From positions 62,001-126,000 of IMG/VR virus record IMGVR_UViG_3300028558_000791: DNA of 64,000 nt, one strand, 5' to 3'. Numbering within the stretch: the stretch's first letter is position 1; every line of letters starts with the position of its first letter. The notes below the pieces were generated by a model that did not search any database, had not been told where the DNA came from, and saw only the letters and a list, made by a program, of their open reading frames with translations. The position numbers were made by a program, and so were the translations under genes. Of this stretch, positions 47,675 through 56,815 are shown piece after piece.

Positions 47675-48075
47675 TAGAAGATATTGAATTTAATGATTTG
47701 AATGATGCTTATGAAGATCATATGTATGGCGATGAGCTATACGTTTATCATTGGCCAGCAAAACCTGGCTGGGAACCACACGTACTTCATGTCTGGGACT
47801 GGTGGGATGTTGGTCGTGTTCCATTAATCTGTATTGAATATAAACATTTGGGTAAAGAATTTCGGCTTCGTCTCTTTTTCGAAGGTGAAGCTTATCATAA
47901 AATCATTGGATATAGGTTAGATGTTGATAGTACAACATTATTTAATGTTGAAAATGTCAGTATGACAATGGATGACTTCTTCGTACGATCTTCAGACGGA
48001 ACTTTCATCAAAGGAACTGAAGAGAAGTGTGTCAAACTAATTAATCGGTACTGGAATTTGAAAGCGTTTCTGTGA
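47671..48075 (+). CDS. Hypothetical protein with C-terminal NLKAFL
   Basis: 134-aa ORF ending INRYWNLKAFL. Confidence 0.75.
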   Translation: MIEDIEFNDLNDAYEDHMYGDELYVYHWPAKPGWEPHVLHVWDWWDVGRVPLICIEYKHLGKEFRLRLFFEGEAYHKIIGYRLDVDSTTLFNVENVSMTMDDFFVRSSDGTFIKGTEEKCVKLINRYWNLKAFL

Positions 48076-48311
48076 TGTTAAAGATAATTACCAACCACAA
48101 TAAGCAGGATATCACATACACCTATACTCTGGGGCAAACATTTCCAGATATTCAGGGTAAGTTATTGCAATTAGAGCTTAGTGGTAAAGAATTAGCTAGA
48201 CTCGTCCAGGAGAAAGAGATTCCTATCTGCGCTATCGATAACTCTCAGCTTATTTGGCACGGTAAGAGTGCCGGTTCGGTTCTAAAAATGTTACGAGAGA
48301 TTCTATGCTAG
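48072..48311 (+). CDS. Hypothetical protein
   Basis: Coupled ORF. Confidence 0.6.
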   Translation: MMLKIITNHNKQDITYTYTLGQTFPDIQGKLLQLELSGKELARLVQEKEIPICAIDNSQLIWHGKSAGSVLKMLREILC

Positions 48312-48613
48312 AAACAATTATTACACTGTTGGCAATCTATGGGCTTGCTTTTCTGGTTAAGGAAAGTGCCGGACCATTTGATATTATGGATAAGACCCGT
48401 TCATTCCTTATGAGGAATAAGTATACAGGAGTCTTCTTCTTCAAATTGTTAGATTGTTATTTTTGTGTAGGTTGCCATTGTGGGTGGATTGTTTATCTAT
48501 TGAGCCACAAATCTTATAGTTGGCAATTTTTTACATTGTGGACGCTTGCGGGCGGCGTCATCAGCCTTATGATGAGTAGTGCGCTAGCGAGGCTGCACTC
48601 TTCGGTTAGCTAA
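48305..48613 (+). CDS. Small membrane protein (DUF1360-like)
   Basis: Three TM segments, LLDCYFC motif. Confidence 0.65.
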   Translation: MLETIITLLAIYGLAFLVKESAGPFDIMDKTRSFLMRNKYTGVFFFKLLDCYFCVGCHCGWIVYLLSHKSYSWQFFTLWTLAGGVISLMMSSALARLHSSVS

Positions 48614-48633
48614 TACTTTTTATGCATTAGTAG

Positions 48634-48840
48634 GTGAAATATCTACTTTTGATGCTATTTCTATTGACTGGATGTGTCAAGTTTACTGGACCCGTCCCTT
48701 GGAAACAGCCAGATAAAACAACTATAGTTTGTACTGGTGACACGTGTTGTTATCCGTCTTCGCCGAGAACTATGGAGTGTCTTTCTAGTCAGCCATTTAA
48801 TGGGACTGTAATTATCTATATTAAAGTTCTCGAAAAGTAA
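48634..48840 (+). CDS. Small Cys-rich lipoprotein
   Basis: Lipobox LLTGC; CTGDTCC. Confidence 0.6.
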   Translation: MKYLLLMLFLLTGCVKFTGPVPWKQPDKTTIVCTGDTCCYPSSPRTMECLSSQPFNGTVIIYIKVLEK

Positions 48841-48879
48841 TTTGTCGAGAAAAAGTTTGCTTTTCATCATTTACAACTG

Positions 48880-48950
48880 AGTTCGAAAGAACTTCCGATA
48901 ATTTATCAAACTGACTAAAAATAGTCATCCGAACTACGATAAGAGGAAAT
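48880..48950 (+). promoter_or_regulatory. Structured leader or operator upstream of the PARP gene
   Basis: AGTTC-GAAA-GAACT; perfect palindrome TGACTA-AAAA-TAGTCA; CGAACT able to pair with AGTTCG. Confidence 0.45.
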
Positions 48951-50447
48951 ATGAGTCTGCCTGTCATTAAGGACCAGTCCGTCATTGATAACATCAAAGT
49001 TGTGGAATCCGTCAAGCGATGGACACTTAACTTTACCGACATTGTCAATAACAACAATAAGTTTTACAACCTGGAAGTTGTTAAGTCATCTGACGACAAA
49101 TTCTATCTGTACACCGTTTACGGTCGAGTTGGTGCCGGTGGCGCCAAAGAGTACAGGTCAGCATCTTCTCTCAACGAAGCAGAGAAGGAAGCCGAAGGCA
49201 TCATCAAGTCCAAGAACAAGAAGGGCTATGTTGAAGTCAAGCTTGCTAAAGCTGACATCGGTTCCGAGCTTGGTAAGGCCAAGGTCGATACCTCTGTGAC
49301 CCTTGAGTCTTTGAAGAAGGCTGGCGTGAAGGTTACAGAAGAGCCTCAAGCTGCCAGCAAACTGCATGTTGAAGTGCAAGACCTTGTTCGCACTTGGTTC
49401 GGCGTTACTCAAGAGTTCCTTGAGTTGAACCTTGACACCAAGAAGTGCCCACTCGGCCAGTTGTCTCTCGATCAAATCGACAAGGCCAAGCAGATTCTTG
49501 AAGAGGCTCGTAATATCGTTCATGCTAAGAAGCCTGACAAGGATGAGTTGAACAAGTTGACGAGTTCCTATTACTCCAACATTCCTCACGTTCTTGGTTC
49601 TCGAATCAATGCGGATTTGCTTCGTTTTGATGATGACCCCAAGATTGACAAAGCGTTTGATATTCTTGACGTCTTTGCTGACGCCAAGAACGTTCAGGCC
49701 GTTATTTCCAAGAAGAGCGCGGTTGATTCGCAATATGCGACTCTGAATGCTGGTTTGGAATACGTTGATCCAAAGGATCCGACCTTCAAGTGGCTTGAGG
49801 CAATGGTTCTTGAAACCCGCGCCAGCAACCACACCGGCTTGGGCAAGCTGAAGATTCATAAGGTCTTCAAGCTGGCTCGTAACAATGAAGACAAATACTT
49901 CATGGAGACAGCCGAAAAGATTGCTAAGGAATGCGGTAAGTTTGTTCCTTCTCCGGTCTATTCTAATTTGGTCAAGAGGCGCCCTGATCTCTCCAAGGAG
50001 ATGCAGGAGCTTTACCAGAGGGCTAACATTCTCCCTGGTTGGCACGGTACTCGCCGTGCAAACATGATTGGTATCACTACCAAGGGACTTTTGATTCGTC
50101 CTTCTGGAGTTATCCATGCGGGTTCTATGTATGGTGACGGTATTTACTGGGCCGTTCATAGTACTAAGTCCATCAATTACTGTGACGTCCGTGGTTCTCA
50201 CTGGGCTCAGGGTAATAACAAGACCGCGTATCTCTTCTTAGGAGACGTGGCTTTTGGTAACCAGGAGATGGCTGGTGGTTCTCGTATGTATACCAAGAAG
50301 AACATCGCGCCTAACCATTCTGTGTGGGCAAAGTCCGGTGGTAACTCTGGATTGTACAATGACGAACTGATTACCTACACCGCTTCTGGTGCGGGTCAGC
50401 AGCACGCCCTTCGCTACATTATCGAATTTGAGACGCAAGCCAAATGA
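48951..50447 (+). CDS. PARP-family ADP-ribosyltransferase (WGR + helical regulatory + catalytic domains)
   Basis: NKFYNLEV...YGRVG; PLGQLSLDQI...YYSNIPH; WHGTRRAN...GSMYGDGIYWA...KSINYC...YNDELITY (H-Y-E). Confidence 0.93.
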   Translation: MSLPVIKDQSVIDNIKVVESVKRWTLNFTDIVNNNNKFYNLEVVKSSDDKFYLYTVYGRVGAGGAKEYRSASSLNEAEKEAEGIIKSKNKKGYVEVKLAKADIGSELGKAKVDTSVTLESLKKAGVKVTEEPQAASKLHVEVQDLVRTWFGVTQEFLELNLDTKKCPLGQLSLDQIDKAKQILEEARNIVHAKKPDKDELNKLTSSYYSNIPHVLGSRINADLLRFDDDPKIDKAFDILDVFADAKNVQAVISKKSAVDSQYATLNAGLEYVDPKDPTFKWLEAMVLETRASNHTGLGKLKIHKVFKLARNNEDKYFMETAEKIAKECGKFVPSPVYSNLVKRRPDLSKEMQELYQRANILPGWHGTRRANMIGITTKGLLIRPSGVIHAGSMYGDGIYWAVHSTKSINYCDVRGSHWAQGNNKTAYLFLGDVAFGNQEMAGGSRMYTKKNIAPNHSVWAKSGGNSGLYNDELITYTASGAGQQHALRYIIEFETQAK

Positions 50448-50908
50448 ACATTTTCGTTTTAGACACTGACGTAAAACGGGCCGCTCAGGCGCATGTTGAC
50501 AAGCATTGTGTCAAAATGGTTCTTGAAACTACGCAACTACTTAATAACGCGCTTATTACTGGGTCCTCAAATTATGACCCAGTATATAAGCAGACGCATA
50601 AAAATCATCCTTGTAGTATTTGGGCTGCGGAATCTATTGATAATTTCAATTGGCTAACCAATCTTGGCTTGGCCCTTTGTGAGGAGTATACGTTTCGCTA
50701 CTCAAAGATTCATAAGTGTCAGCCAATTATTCAACGGTTCTCATCACTAGCTAACGATTTACCTAAAATTGGTTTGACACCATTTCAACTTTGTATGCCA
50801 GACCAATATAAAGTTGATGATGCTGTTGAATCTTATCGGAACTACTATCGTGGCGATAAAGCCTACATTGCAAAATGGTCTAAACGTAATCAACCAAGCT
50901 GGTGGTAA
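50444..50908 (+). CDS. Pyrimidine-dimer DNA glycosylase-like protein
   Basis: MNIFVLD...DKHCVKMVLE..QLL...THKNHPCSIW; ATGA overlap with PARP. Confidence 0.8.
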   Translation: MNIFVLDTDVKRAAQAHVDKHCVKMVLETTQLLNNALITGSSNYDPVYKQTHKNHPCSIWAAESIDNFNWLTNLGLALCEEYTFRYSKIHKCQPIIQRFSSLANDLPKIGLTPFQLCMPDQYKVDDAVESYRNYYRGDKAYIAKWSKRNQPSWW

Positions 50909-50909
50909 A

Positions 50910-51065
50910 ATGTTTTATGTTGTATATGAAGTGAACGGTTTTGATGGTGTTCAAAAGGCAGGCCCATATTCGCAGGCTGATGTTCAATATCAGCGGGATG
51001 ATATCGCAGGCTTCGAAGGCGTGGTGAACGTCAAGGTTGTTCCTGCTGAGGAAATGGACGAATGA
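50910..51065 (+). CDS. Small hypothetical protein
   Basis: 51-aa ORF bridging the operon. Confidence 0.55.
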   Translation: MFYVVYEVNGFDGVQKAGPYSQADVQYQRDDIAGFEGVVNVKVVPAEEMDE

Positions 51066-52330
51066 AAATCGGATTGCTAACCTTTCCGCGACTGACCAAC
51101 ACTTTTTCAGTTGGTCGGCCGACACTGCTGGCCCAAAAGCTTGAGCCATCTGTGTTGTACCTCTCCCCTTCTCAAGGGGAGTTGGTTTTTCTAGAGGACA
51201 ACAAACCTCGCGCTGATATTGATCTCTATCTTTGCTCAGTGTATACTCGTGGTTACAATGAGTTTGTTCGTTTCTCCCAAGAGGTTGGACGAGATAAAAT
51301 CATTGCTGGCGGCTATCATCCCACGGCTGAACCGTCCGATACCTTCAAACACGCTCATAAAGTGGTTGTGGGTTACTGCGACAACATCGATCAAATCTTG
51401 GATGAGAAACCCGGAATCCATCGTGGTTCCTTTGGGTTCACTCGTATGCGCCGGGACTTGATTGATATGACTACTATGAAGCAAGTCTACCCAGACATCT
51501 ATCCTCATGATATCTCTGGGTCTATGGTTTCCTCTGTTGGGTGTCCATATGATTGTGACTTCTGTTCCACTCCACAAATGTCTGGGCGTAAGATGCGCAC
51601 TGCCACTTTGGATTACGTAGCAGAAGAGATTGATGATCTTGTTAAGCGTGGAGCTACTACCGTTTTCATTCGAGATGAAAGTTTTGCCACTCATCCGCTA
51701 GTGAAAGAAGTCGCCCCACTTTTCAAAGACAAGTTCAAAGTTCTTTACTCATTTGGAACCAGCGGGGTATATGCTAAGCATCCAGAGATTCTCGCGACTC
51801 TCAAAGATAGCGGATGGCACTCTCTCAACATCGGCCTGGAAGATGTTGGTGTCAAATACAAGAAGAACATCAACATCAAGCTTGGTGTAGAGAACATTCA
51901 TCGTAATGGTTTGCAACACGTGATGTCATTCATTGTCAATGACGATGGCAAGACTGAAGATGAAGCCCGCGCTAATTACAAAGCTTTGTATGAAGCGTTT
52001 GTGGACTTGAAACCATTACAAGTATGTGCTAACTTTCTAATGCCTTTCCCCGGCACTAAGCTATGGGAAGGTTACAAGAGCCGTGTAACTACTGCGGATT
52101 TCGATCGTTTCGATTCCAAAACCCCAGTCTTTACTCATGGCGCTTTTGGTGAGTGGCACAAACGAATGTTAGTGTCAGTTCAGCTTAAGTATTACTTGAG
52201 CGAAATCTACAACAAGCAGGTGCGTCCATTTGATTGTGGCGATCTACTTCATCTTAGGATGAATGAGTTGGCCAAAGAATTCAATTTGGATGATGTGTCT
52301 TGGGATCAATTGTTGGAGCTGAAGGTATGA
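51062..52330 (+). CDS. Radical SAM protein with N-terminal B12-binding-like domain
   Basis: IIAGGYHPT; SSVGCPYDCDFC (CxxxCxxC); FIRDESF; PFPGTKLW. Confidence 0.88.
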   Translation: MKIGLLTFPRLTNTFSVGRPTLLAQKLEPSVLYLSPSQGELVFLEDNKPRADIDLYLCSVYTRGYNEFVRFSQEVGRDKIIAGGYHPTAEPSDTFKHAHKVVVGYCDNIDQILDEKPGIHRGSFGFTRMRRDLIDMTTMKQVYPDIYPHDISGSMVSSVGCPYDCDFCSTPQMSGRKMRTATLDYVAEEIDDLVKRGATTVFIRDESFATHPLVKEVAPLFKDKFKVLYSFGTSGVYAKHPEILATLKDSGWHSLNIGLEDVGVKYKKNINIKLGVENIHRNGLQHVMSFIVNDDGKTEDEARANYKALYEAFVDLKPLQVCANFLMPFPGTKLWEGYKSRVTTADFDRFDSKTPVFTHGAFGEWHKRMLVSVQLKYYLSEIYNKQVRPFDCGDLLHLRMNELAKEFNLDDVSWDQLLELKV

Positions 52331-52806
52331 TTGAGATTGTAACTGGAGATTTGTTCGAAGCAACAGAGAAATATCTTTGTCATCAGTGCAACTGCGTAAC
52401 CAATAAGGCCGCGCATCTAGCCGCTGATATGTTCGAGAAGTTCCCTCACTCCGACATCTATACTCCACGTACTGAGCCAGACCAGCCTGGTCATATTATT
52501 ATTCGTGGTGATGGCAAGGCCGAACGTTATGTGGTTGCAATGCTTGGTCAATATTACCCAGGTCGCTCCAAGTACCCCAAATCAACTTTAGACGGCCTCC
52601 CGATTCGCGAGAAATACTTTTACCGCTGCCTGCTCCGCCTGGCTCAAGTGCCCGACCTGGAAAGTGTAGCATTCCCCTGGCGCGTTGGCTGCGGCGCTGC
52701 TGGTGGGGACTGGGAACATTACCTTGGAACCATCACCAATTTCGCTCAATACGTTGGGGAGAAGGGTGTTAAAGTTCGCATTTACCGCCGTGATGGAGAC
52801 GAATAA
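52327..52806 (+). CDS. Macrodomain ADP-ribose hydrolase (TARG1/DarG/Poa1-like)
   Basis: IVTGDLF, HQCNC, MLGQYYPG, AFPWRVGCGAAGGDWE. Confidence 0.88.
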   Translation: MIEIVTGDLFEATEKYLCHQCNCVTNKAAHLAADMFEKFPHSDIYTPRTEPDQPGHIIIRGDGKAERYVVAMLGQYYPGRSKYPKSTLDGLPIREKYFYRCLLRLAQVPDLESVAFPWRVGCGAAGGDWEHYLGTITNFAQYVGEKGVKVRIYRRDGDE

Positions 52807-53006
52807 TGTCTGATGATAAGAAGTCCTATTTGGACTATGATTTTGCAACGTTTAAAGAACAGATGGAAGAAGCTACTGCTATTCTGAAGAAGATGAACGA
52901 AGCTGCTAACTATATGCGTTGGCAGTATGAAATGGATGAAACCATGAAAGAGTTTGAGAAAGAAGTTCAGGATGCAAGTGGATGGCTGTCAAGCTGGTGC
53001 GGGTGA
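52806..53006 (+). CDS. Hypothetical protein
   Basis: 66-aa helical ORF. Confidence 0.55.
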   Translation: MSDDKKSYLDYDFATFKEQMEEATAILKKMNEAANYMRWQYEMDETMKEFEKEVQDASGWLSSWCG

Positions 53007-53010
53007 AACA

Positions 53011-53442
53011 ATGGCAATCAAATTCTATAAAGTAAAAGAGCCTTACGGCTTCTGTAGCAACTATTACAAAAGCCGATTCTTCGTCTTTGGCCGCTGGTGG
53101 AACTGGAGTGAAGCTCCGTACCAGGCAGCCAAGACTAGCGTTCAGTCTGAGATTGATGCAATTCATCAAGCTACCAAGGCCAATGATACTCGTCTTTTAG
53201 GGCAGAAAGTAACCATGCGTCCCGATTGGGATGAGATGAAGTACTCTGTTATGAAAGAAGTTTGCATGGCCAAGTTTCTTCAGCATCCAGATTTGCGAAA
53301 GCAACTTATCGCTTCTGGCGATGAAGAGTTGATTGAAGACTCTCCAGTTGACTATTACTGGGGTTGTGGGGCCGATGGTTCCGGTAAGAACATGCTCGGT
53401 AAATTGCTCATGGAACTTCGAGAGGAGTTGAAAGGTGAGTAA
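53011..53442 (+). CDS. NADAR (YbiA/DUF1768) hydrolase
   Basis: YGFCSNYY, EAPYQAAK, RPDWD, AKFLQHPDLR, LIEDSP.DYYWG, GKNMLGKLLMELR. Confidence 0.93.
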   Translation: MAIKFYKVKEPYGFCSNYYKSRFFVFGRWWNWSEAPYQAAKTSVQSEIDAIHQATKANDTRLLGQKVTMRPDWDEMKYSVMKEVCMAKFLQHPDLRKQLIASGDEELIEDSPVDYYWGCGADGSGKNMLGKLLMELREELKGE

Positions 53443-53770
53443 GAAAGAACTAGTAATCTGGTTTAACCAGAATGGTGATATGACAGATCAGGGCGGGTAT
53501 AGTCCCCAGAATACTTATGGTTTCAAATCTGAAATTGCAAAAGATTTCGATGATCAAATGGAGTATGAAAACCTCTATGAGTTTCGTAAGAGGTCTGGCC
53601 GAGTCTATTTTAAATCGACAACGACGGGTCGACAATACACCATGTACCTTGACGATTTCAATAATATCATAAAAGAAAAACGATTTAATAACAATCGAAT
53701 CCAAGGAACTTTTCATTTCATAAAGAGAAGTTCTGGCCAAGCTATTCAATTAATTCCGGAGAAACCATGA
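53435..53770 (+). CDS. Hypothetical protein, paralog 1
   Basis: YFKS..TGRQY.MYL.DF...I.G.F.FIK. Confidence 0.72.
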   Translation: MSKKELVIWFNQNGDMTDQGGYSPQNTYGFKSEIAKDFDDQMEYENLYEFRKRSGRVYFKSTTTGRQYTMYLDDFNNIIKEKRFNNNRIQGTFHFIKRSSGQAIQLIPEKP

Positions 53771-54096
53771 AAGCTAAAGGTGTTTTCAAAGTTGCTTTTG
53801 ACAGTACAACTGGAGATTTGCTACATCGGTTGTATGGCTGGCAAATCAATCAAGGTAACTTCAAAGAAGAAGACAACCACGTCTTTTCTGATAAATTGGA
53901 ATACCATGATTATGGCGGCTCCCACATTTTCTTCAAGTCATTAGTAACTGGTAGGAAATACCATATGTTCCTCTCTGATTTTCATACCATGATGAAAGCC
54001 AAGAAGATGCAAGATAACATCATCGAAGGCGAATTCACTTTTTGCAAAAAGGGGCGAGTGCAGGGATTCAAAATGATTCTCCCCAAAGCACCATAA
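53767..54096 (+). CDS. Hypothetical protein, paralog 2
   Basis: FFKS..TGRKY.MFL.DF...I.G.F.FCK. Confidence 0.72.
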   Translation: MKAKGVFKVAFDSTTGDLLHRLYGWQINQGNFKEEDNHVFSDKLEYHDYGGSHIFFKSLVTGRKYHMFLSDFHTMMKAKKMQDNIIEGEFTFCKKGRVQGFKMILPKAP

Positions 54097-54110
54097 TTTT
54101 TACGCCGCCC

Positions 54111-54138
54111 TTGACTCTAATTTTTCAAAATATAGGTT
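54111..54138 (+). promoter_or_regulatory. Sigma70-like promoter
   Basis: TTGACT-N16-TAGGTT. Confidence 0.6.
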
Positions 54139-54145
54139 ACTTGAG

Positions 54146-54643
54146 ATGCCAGCTTATGACAAAGATTCGCCGGAGTATAAGTTCGAGAAGAAAACCAAGT
54201 TGAAGCTTGGTAAGTTACTCAAAGGCGGTAATGGTAAAATCTACAGCCTCAAAGATTATCCTAAGCGGGTAGTCAAGATTGATGATACTCTTGATGCTGA
54301 TGATCGTCAGCTTGTAATGAGAATCATTAGGAATCTAAAGAAGTCTAGGAATTCTGTAGTAGTCAAGATTCACAAAGCGGGTATTATCCGTGGCGGGTAT
54401 CACTACTATGTGATGGATAAACTTAAGCCTCTGAAAGATAAGTGGAATACTGGTGATCGACTCAGCCAGTATATTTTGGGACAGGCAGTCCCGAATTTTG
54501 AGTCACCTAAAGTAAAGTCTTTTGTTAAAGGAGTGATTGCTCTCAACAACCGTTATTACTATGCCGATTTGCATGGCGGTAACATTATGTTGACTGAAGA
54601 TAAGTCACTCAAGCTCGTGGATTTAGAATCATTTACCTACTAA
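54146..54643 (+). CDS. Minimal protein-kinase-like (PKL/APH fold) protein
   Basis: GGNGKIY, VVKI, YYVMDKL, YADLHGGNIM, LKLVDLE. Confidence 0.75.
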   Translation: MPAYDKDSPEYKFEKKTKLKLGKLLKGGNGKIYSLKDYPKRVVKIDDTLDADDRQLVMRIIRNLKKSRNSVVVKIHKAGIIRGGYHYYVMDKLKPLKDKWNTGDRLSQYILGQAVPNFESPKVKSFVKGVIALNNRYYYADLHGGNIMLTEDKSLKLVDLESFTY

Positions 54644-54655
54644 GGAGAAATAGCA

Positions 54656-55162
54656 ATGTCTAATTTGGAAGATACAGTTCGTTCGGTTGTGCAAGATTTC
54701 ATCAGTCGTGAAGTTCTCTTTACGGCGTTGGATGTCAGTAATGCAGTCAAAACTGCTGCGCCTCATGTCAGGCACCGTGAAGTGAGAGATGTGGTTCGTG
54801 CCATGTTCTCTTCGGATATTGAGACCCAGGGTTGGGCTCGTACTCCTATTTCCGTTACCTTGGGTGATGGTACTACGGCAGAAGCTTTGCTGTACCATCC
54901 TCTAACTGACTCCTGGGATTTGGATAACAAGTACAGCGTTCAACAGCGCGTGACCACTTCTGCTCGTCCAGTTTCTGTTGCACAGGCTGCTGCCAGTGTT
55001 ACTTCAACGGTTACTCTCCCAGCTTCTTTGCCAGTTCCTGTGGTTGCGGCTCCATTACCGACTGTAACGCCGGCCGTGGTTCCTACCGCTCCATTGCCAA
55101 CTGCTCGTAGCCTTTGGGACCAGATGTTCCAAGTTCAACCATCTTTGTTCCCTCGTAAGTAA
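54656..55162 (+). CDS. Hypothetical protein with Ala/Pro/Val/Thr-rich linker
   Basis: 168-aa ORF, AAGGAG SD. Confidence 0.75.
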   Translation: MSNLEDTVRSVVQDFISREVLFTALDVSNAVKTAAPHVRHREVRDVVRAMFSSDIETQGWARTPISVTLGDGTTAEALLYHPLTDSWDLDNKYSVQQRVTTSARPVSVAQAAASVTSTVTLPASLPVPVVAAPLPTVTPAVVPTAPLPTARSLWDQMFQVQPSLFPRK

Positions 55163-55178
55163 TTACTAAGGACAAGTT

Positions 55179-55979
55179 ATGCAACGAAACATAATTCTGT
55201 ATCGCGGTTCGGATTTTGAAAAAGAGGAATTAGATTCAGCGCTTCAAGTATTTGAATGCACTGATCGAAGGCCGGAAATCCAAGCTGGCGATCTTGTTAT
55301 CGGAAGATATTCACTTTGGCCGTTCTATGTGGATCAAGCTAAAGACATTGAGTATGTTGGCGCCAAGCTGATTAACAATTATCAGCAGTACCGTTACATT
55401 GCCGATTTGCAGAATTATGTAATGGACCTTCGAGAACTGACTCCTCGGACCTGGAGAGACATCACGGATCTGCCAGATAAGGGTCAGTTCATCTTGAAGG
55501 GTGAGACTAACTCTCGTAAATCCAATTGGAAACGAGATATGTTCGCACCCGACAAGAAGACAGCAATTGAGATTTATGCTCGCCTGATGGATGATAGTCT
55601 AATCGGGCAGCAAAACATTTATATTCGCCGGTACGAACCAATGGTTACGTACATGGAAGGTATCAATGGAATTCCAATTACTAAAGAGTTTAGATTCTTT
55701 GTCGCCTATGGACAGATTCTAAGTGGAGGTTATTACTGGCAAAACTATGTAGATGAGTTGCCAGAAGTCCCCAACCCAGATGAAGTTCCTCGTGAATTCT
55801 TGAATGAAGTTATTGTGCGAGTGGGCAATCAATCCAATTTCTATACCATTGACGTGGGACAATCCATCTCTGGCAAATGGTTTGTAGTTGAACTGAATGA
55901 AGGACAGCAATCAGGGTTATCCTGTAACGATCCTTTTACTATGTACAAAAATCTAGACAAGGCCATTAGAAGCCAATGA
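55179..55979 (+). CDS. ATP-grasp protein (R2K/DUF4343-like), copy 2
   Basis: FILKGETNSRK, EFRFFV, TIDVG...WFVVELNEGQQSGL. Confidence 0.75.
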   Translation: MQRNIILYRGSDFEKEELDSALQVFECTDRRPEIQAGDLVIGRYSLWPFYVDQAKDIEYVGAKLINNYQQYRYIADLQNYVMDLRELTPRTWRDITDLPDKGQFILKGETNSRKSNWKRDMFAPDKKTAIEIYARLMDDSLIGQQNIYIRRYEPMVTYMEGINGIPITKEFRFFVAYGQILSGGYYWQNYVDELPEVPNPDEVPREFLNEVIVRVGNQSNFYTIDVGQSISGKWFVVELNEGQQSGLSCNDPFTMYKNLDKAIRSQ

Positions 55980-56602
55980 AAGAGTTCAACTCTATTCAAG
56001 AGCTGTGGGATTACTGCGCGTACTGTCCCATTTGTACACGGAATTGTCGAGAGGTAATTGTCTCAGTAGGGCCAGATAAAGTTTTTATTCTAGTGTCCTC
56101 TGAAAAGAAAGACAACAATCTATTTATGCAATGTACCTACAAGAATAAGCGCTCTATCTATACGGTTGAATATAATCTCAACTGTACTGATAATACATTT
56201 CGTGTAGAAGTACCTAACGTAGTAGAATTGCCGCTTGGTGAAACTGCCAAGCCCGAAAAGATTAAAGAAGCCTATTTCTTCTTCTTTGTTGAAGGTATGT
56301 GTAATCAGTGCAATTGCGCTACAGCACATAGTTTAGACTTGGAGCTAGATATAGTGGATAGACGGATTTCTAACATCGGACTAGAGCGTGAGAGTTTTTA
56401 TCTTTTTGAAGGTAAAGACAAATTTCACGTGACTCCCATTCATGACCGAAACGTCATGTTGGTGAGCCGCTGCTATGTCGACGATGAGCAACTTGGCTTC
56501 TCCGAAAGTGATAAAACAATCGAGTTGCCTTTAGTAAAACTTGATCTTTCTGATCAGGAAAAAGTCACTAATAAAATTAAGACTCTAATTCTATTTAGTT
56601 GA
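55976..56602 (+). CDS. Hypothetical protein with C-terminal KIKTLILFS
   Basis: CPIC...CNQC; helical tail. Confidence 0.75.
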   Translation: MKEFNSIQELWDYCAYCPICTRNCREVIVSVGPDKVFILVSSEKKDNNLFMQCTYKNKRSIYTVEYNLNCTDNTFRVEVPNVVELPLGETAKPEKIKEAYFFFFVEGMCNQCNCATAHSLDLELDIVDRRISNIGLERESFYLFEGKDKFHVTPIHDRNVMLVSRCYVDDEQLGFSESDKTIELPLVKLDLSDQEKVTNKIKTLILFS

Positions 56603-56611
56603 GGGTATCCC

Positions 56612-56815
56612 ATGTCCACTTTCAGAGAAGCCAGCCAAGTCCGTCTTGTATTGAAAATGAAACTATCCATGTATGCATGGTATAGCTCCAGTACTGTCGT
56701 CGCAGTTGACGATGGCTTTGGCGTAATTATTGGCGTCAAACATATGGACAATGGCATCCGCAAACTGGTTCCGCCGGTTGTAGATGGCGTATCAGTGAAA
56801 GCGGAAGTAGAATGA
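56612..56815 (+). CDS. Hypothetical protein
   Basis: 67-aa ORF. Confidence 0.6.
   Translation: MSTFREASQVRLVLKMKLSMYAWYSSSTVVAVDDGFGVIIGVKHMDNGIRKLVPPVVDGVSVKAEVE

Noticed and set aside
49158-50201. 347-aa minus-strand ORF
   Set aside because: It lies entirely antisense to the well-supported PARP gene and has no recognisable motifs. Such stop-free shadows are expected from the biased codon usage of the sense gene. The same applies to 44747-45187 (antisense to ligA) and similar cases.
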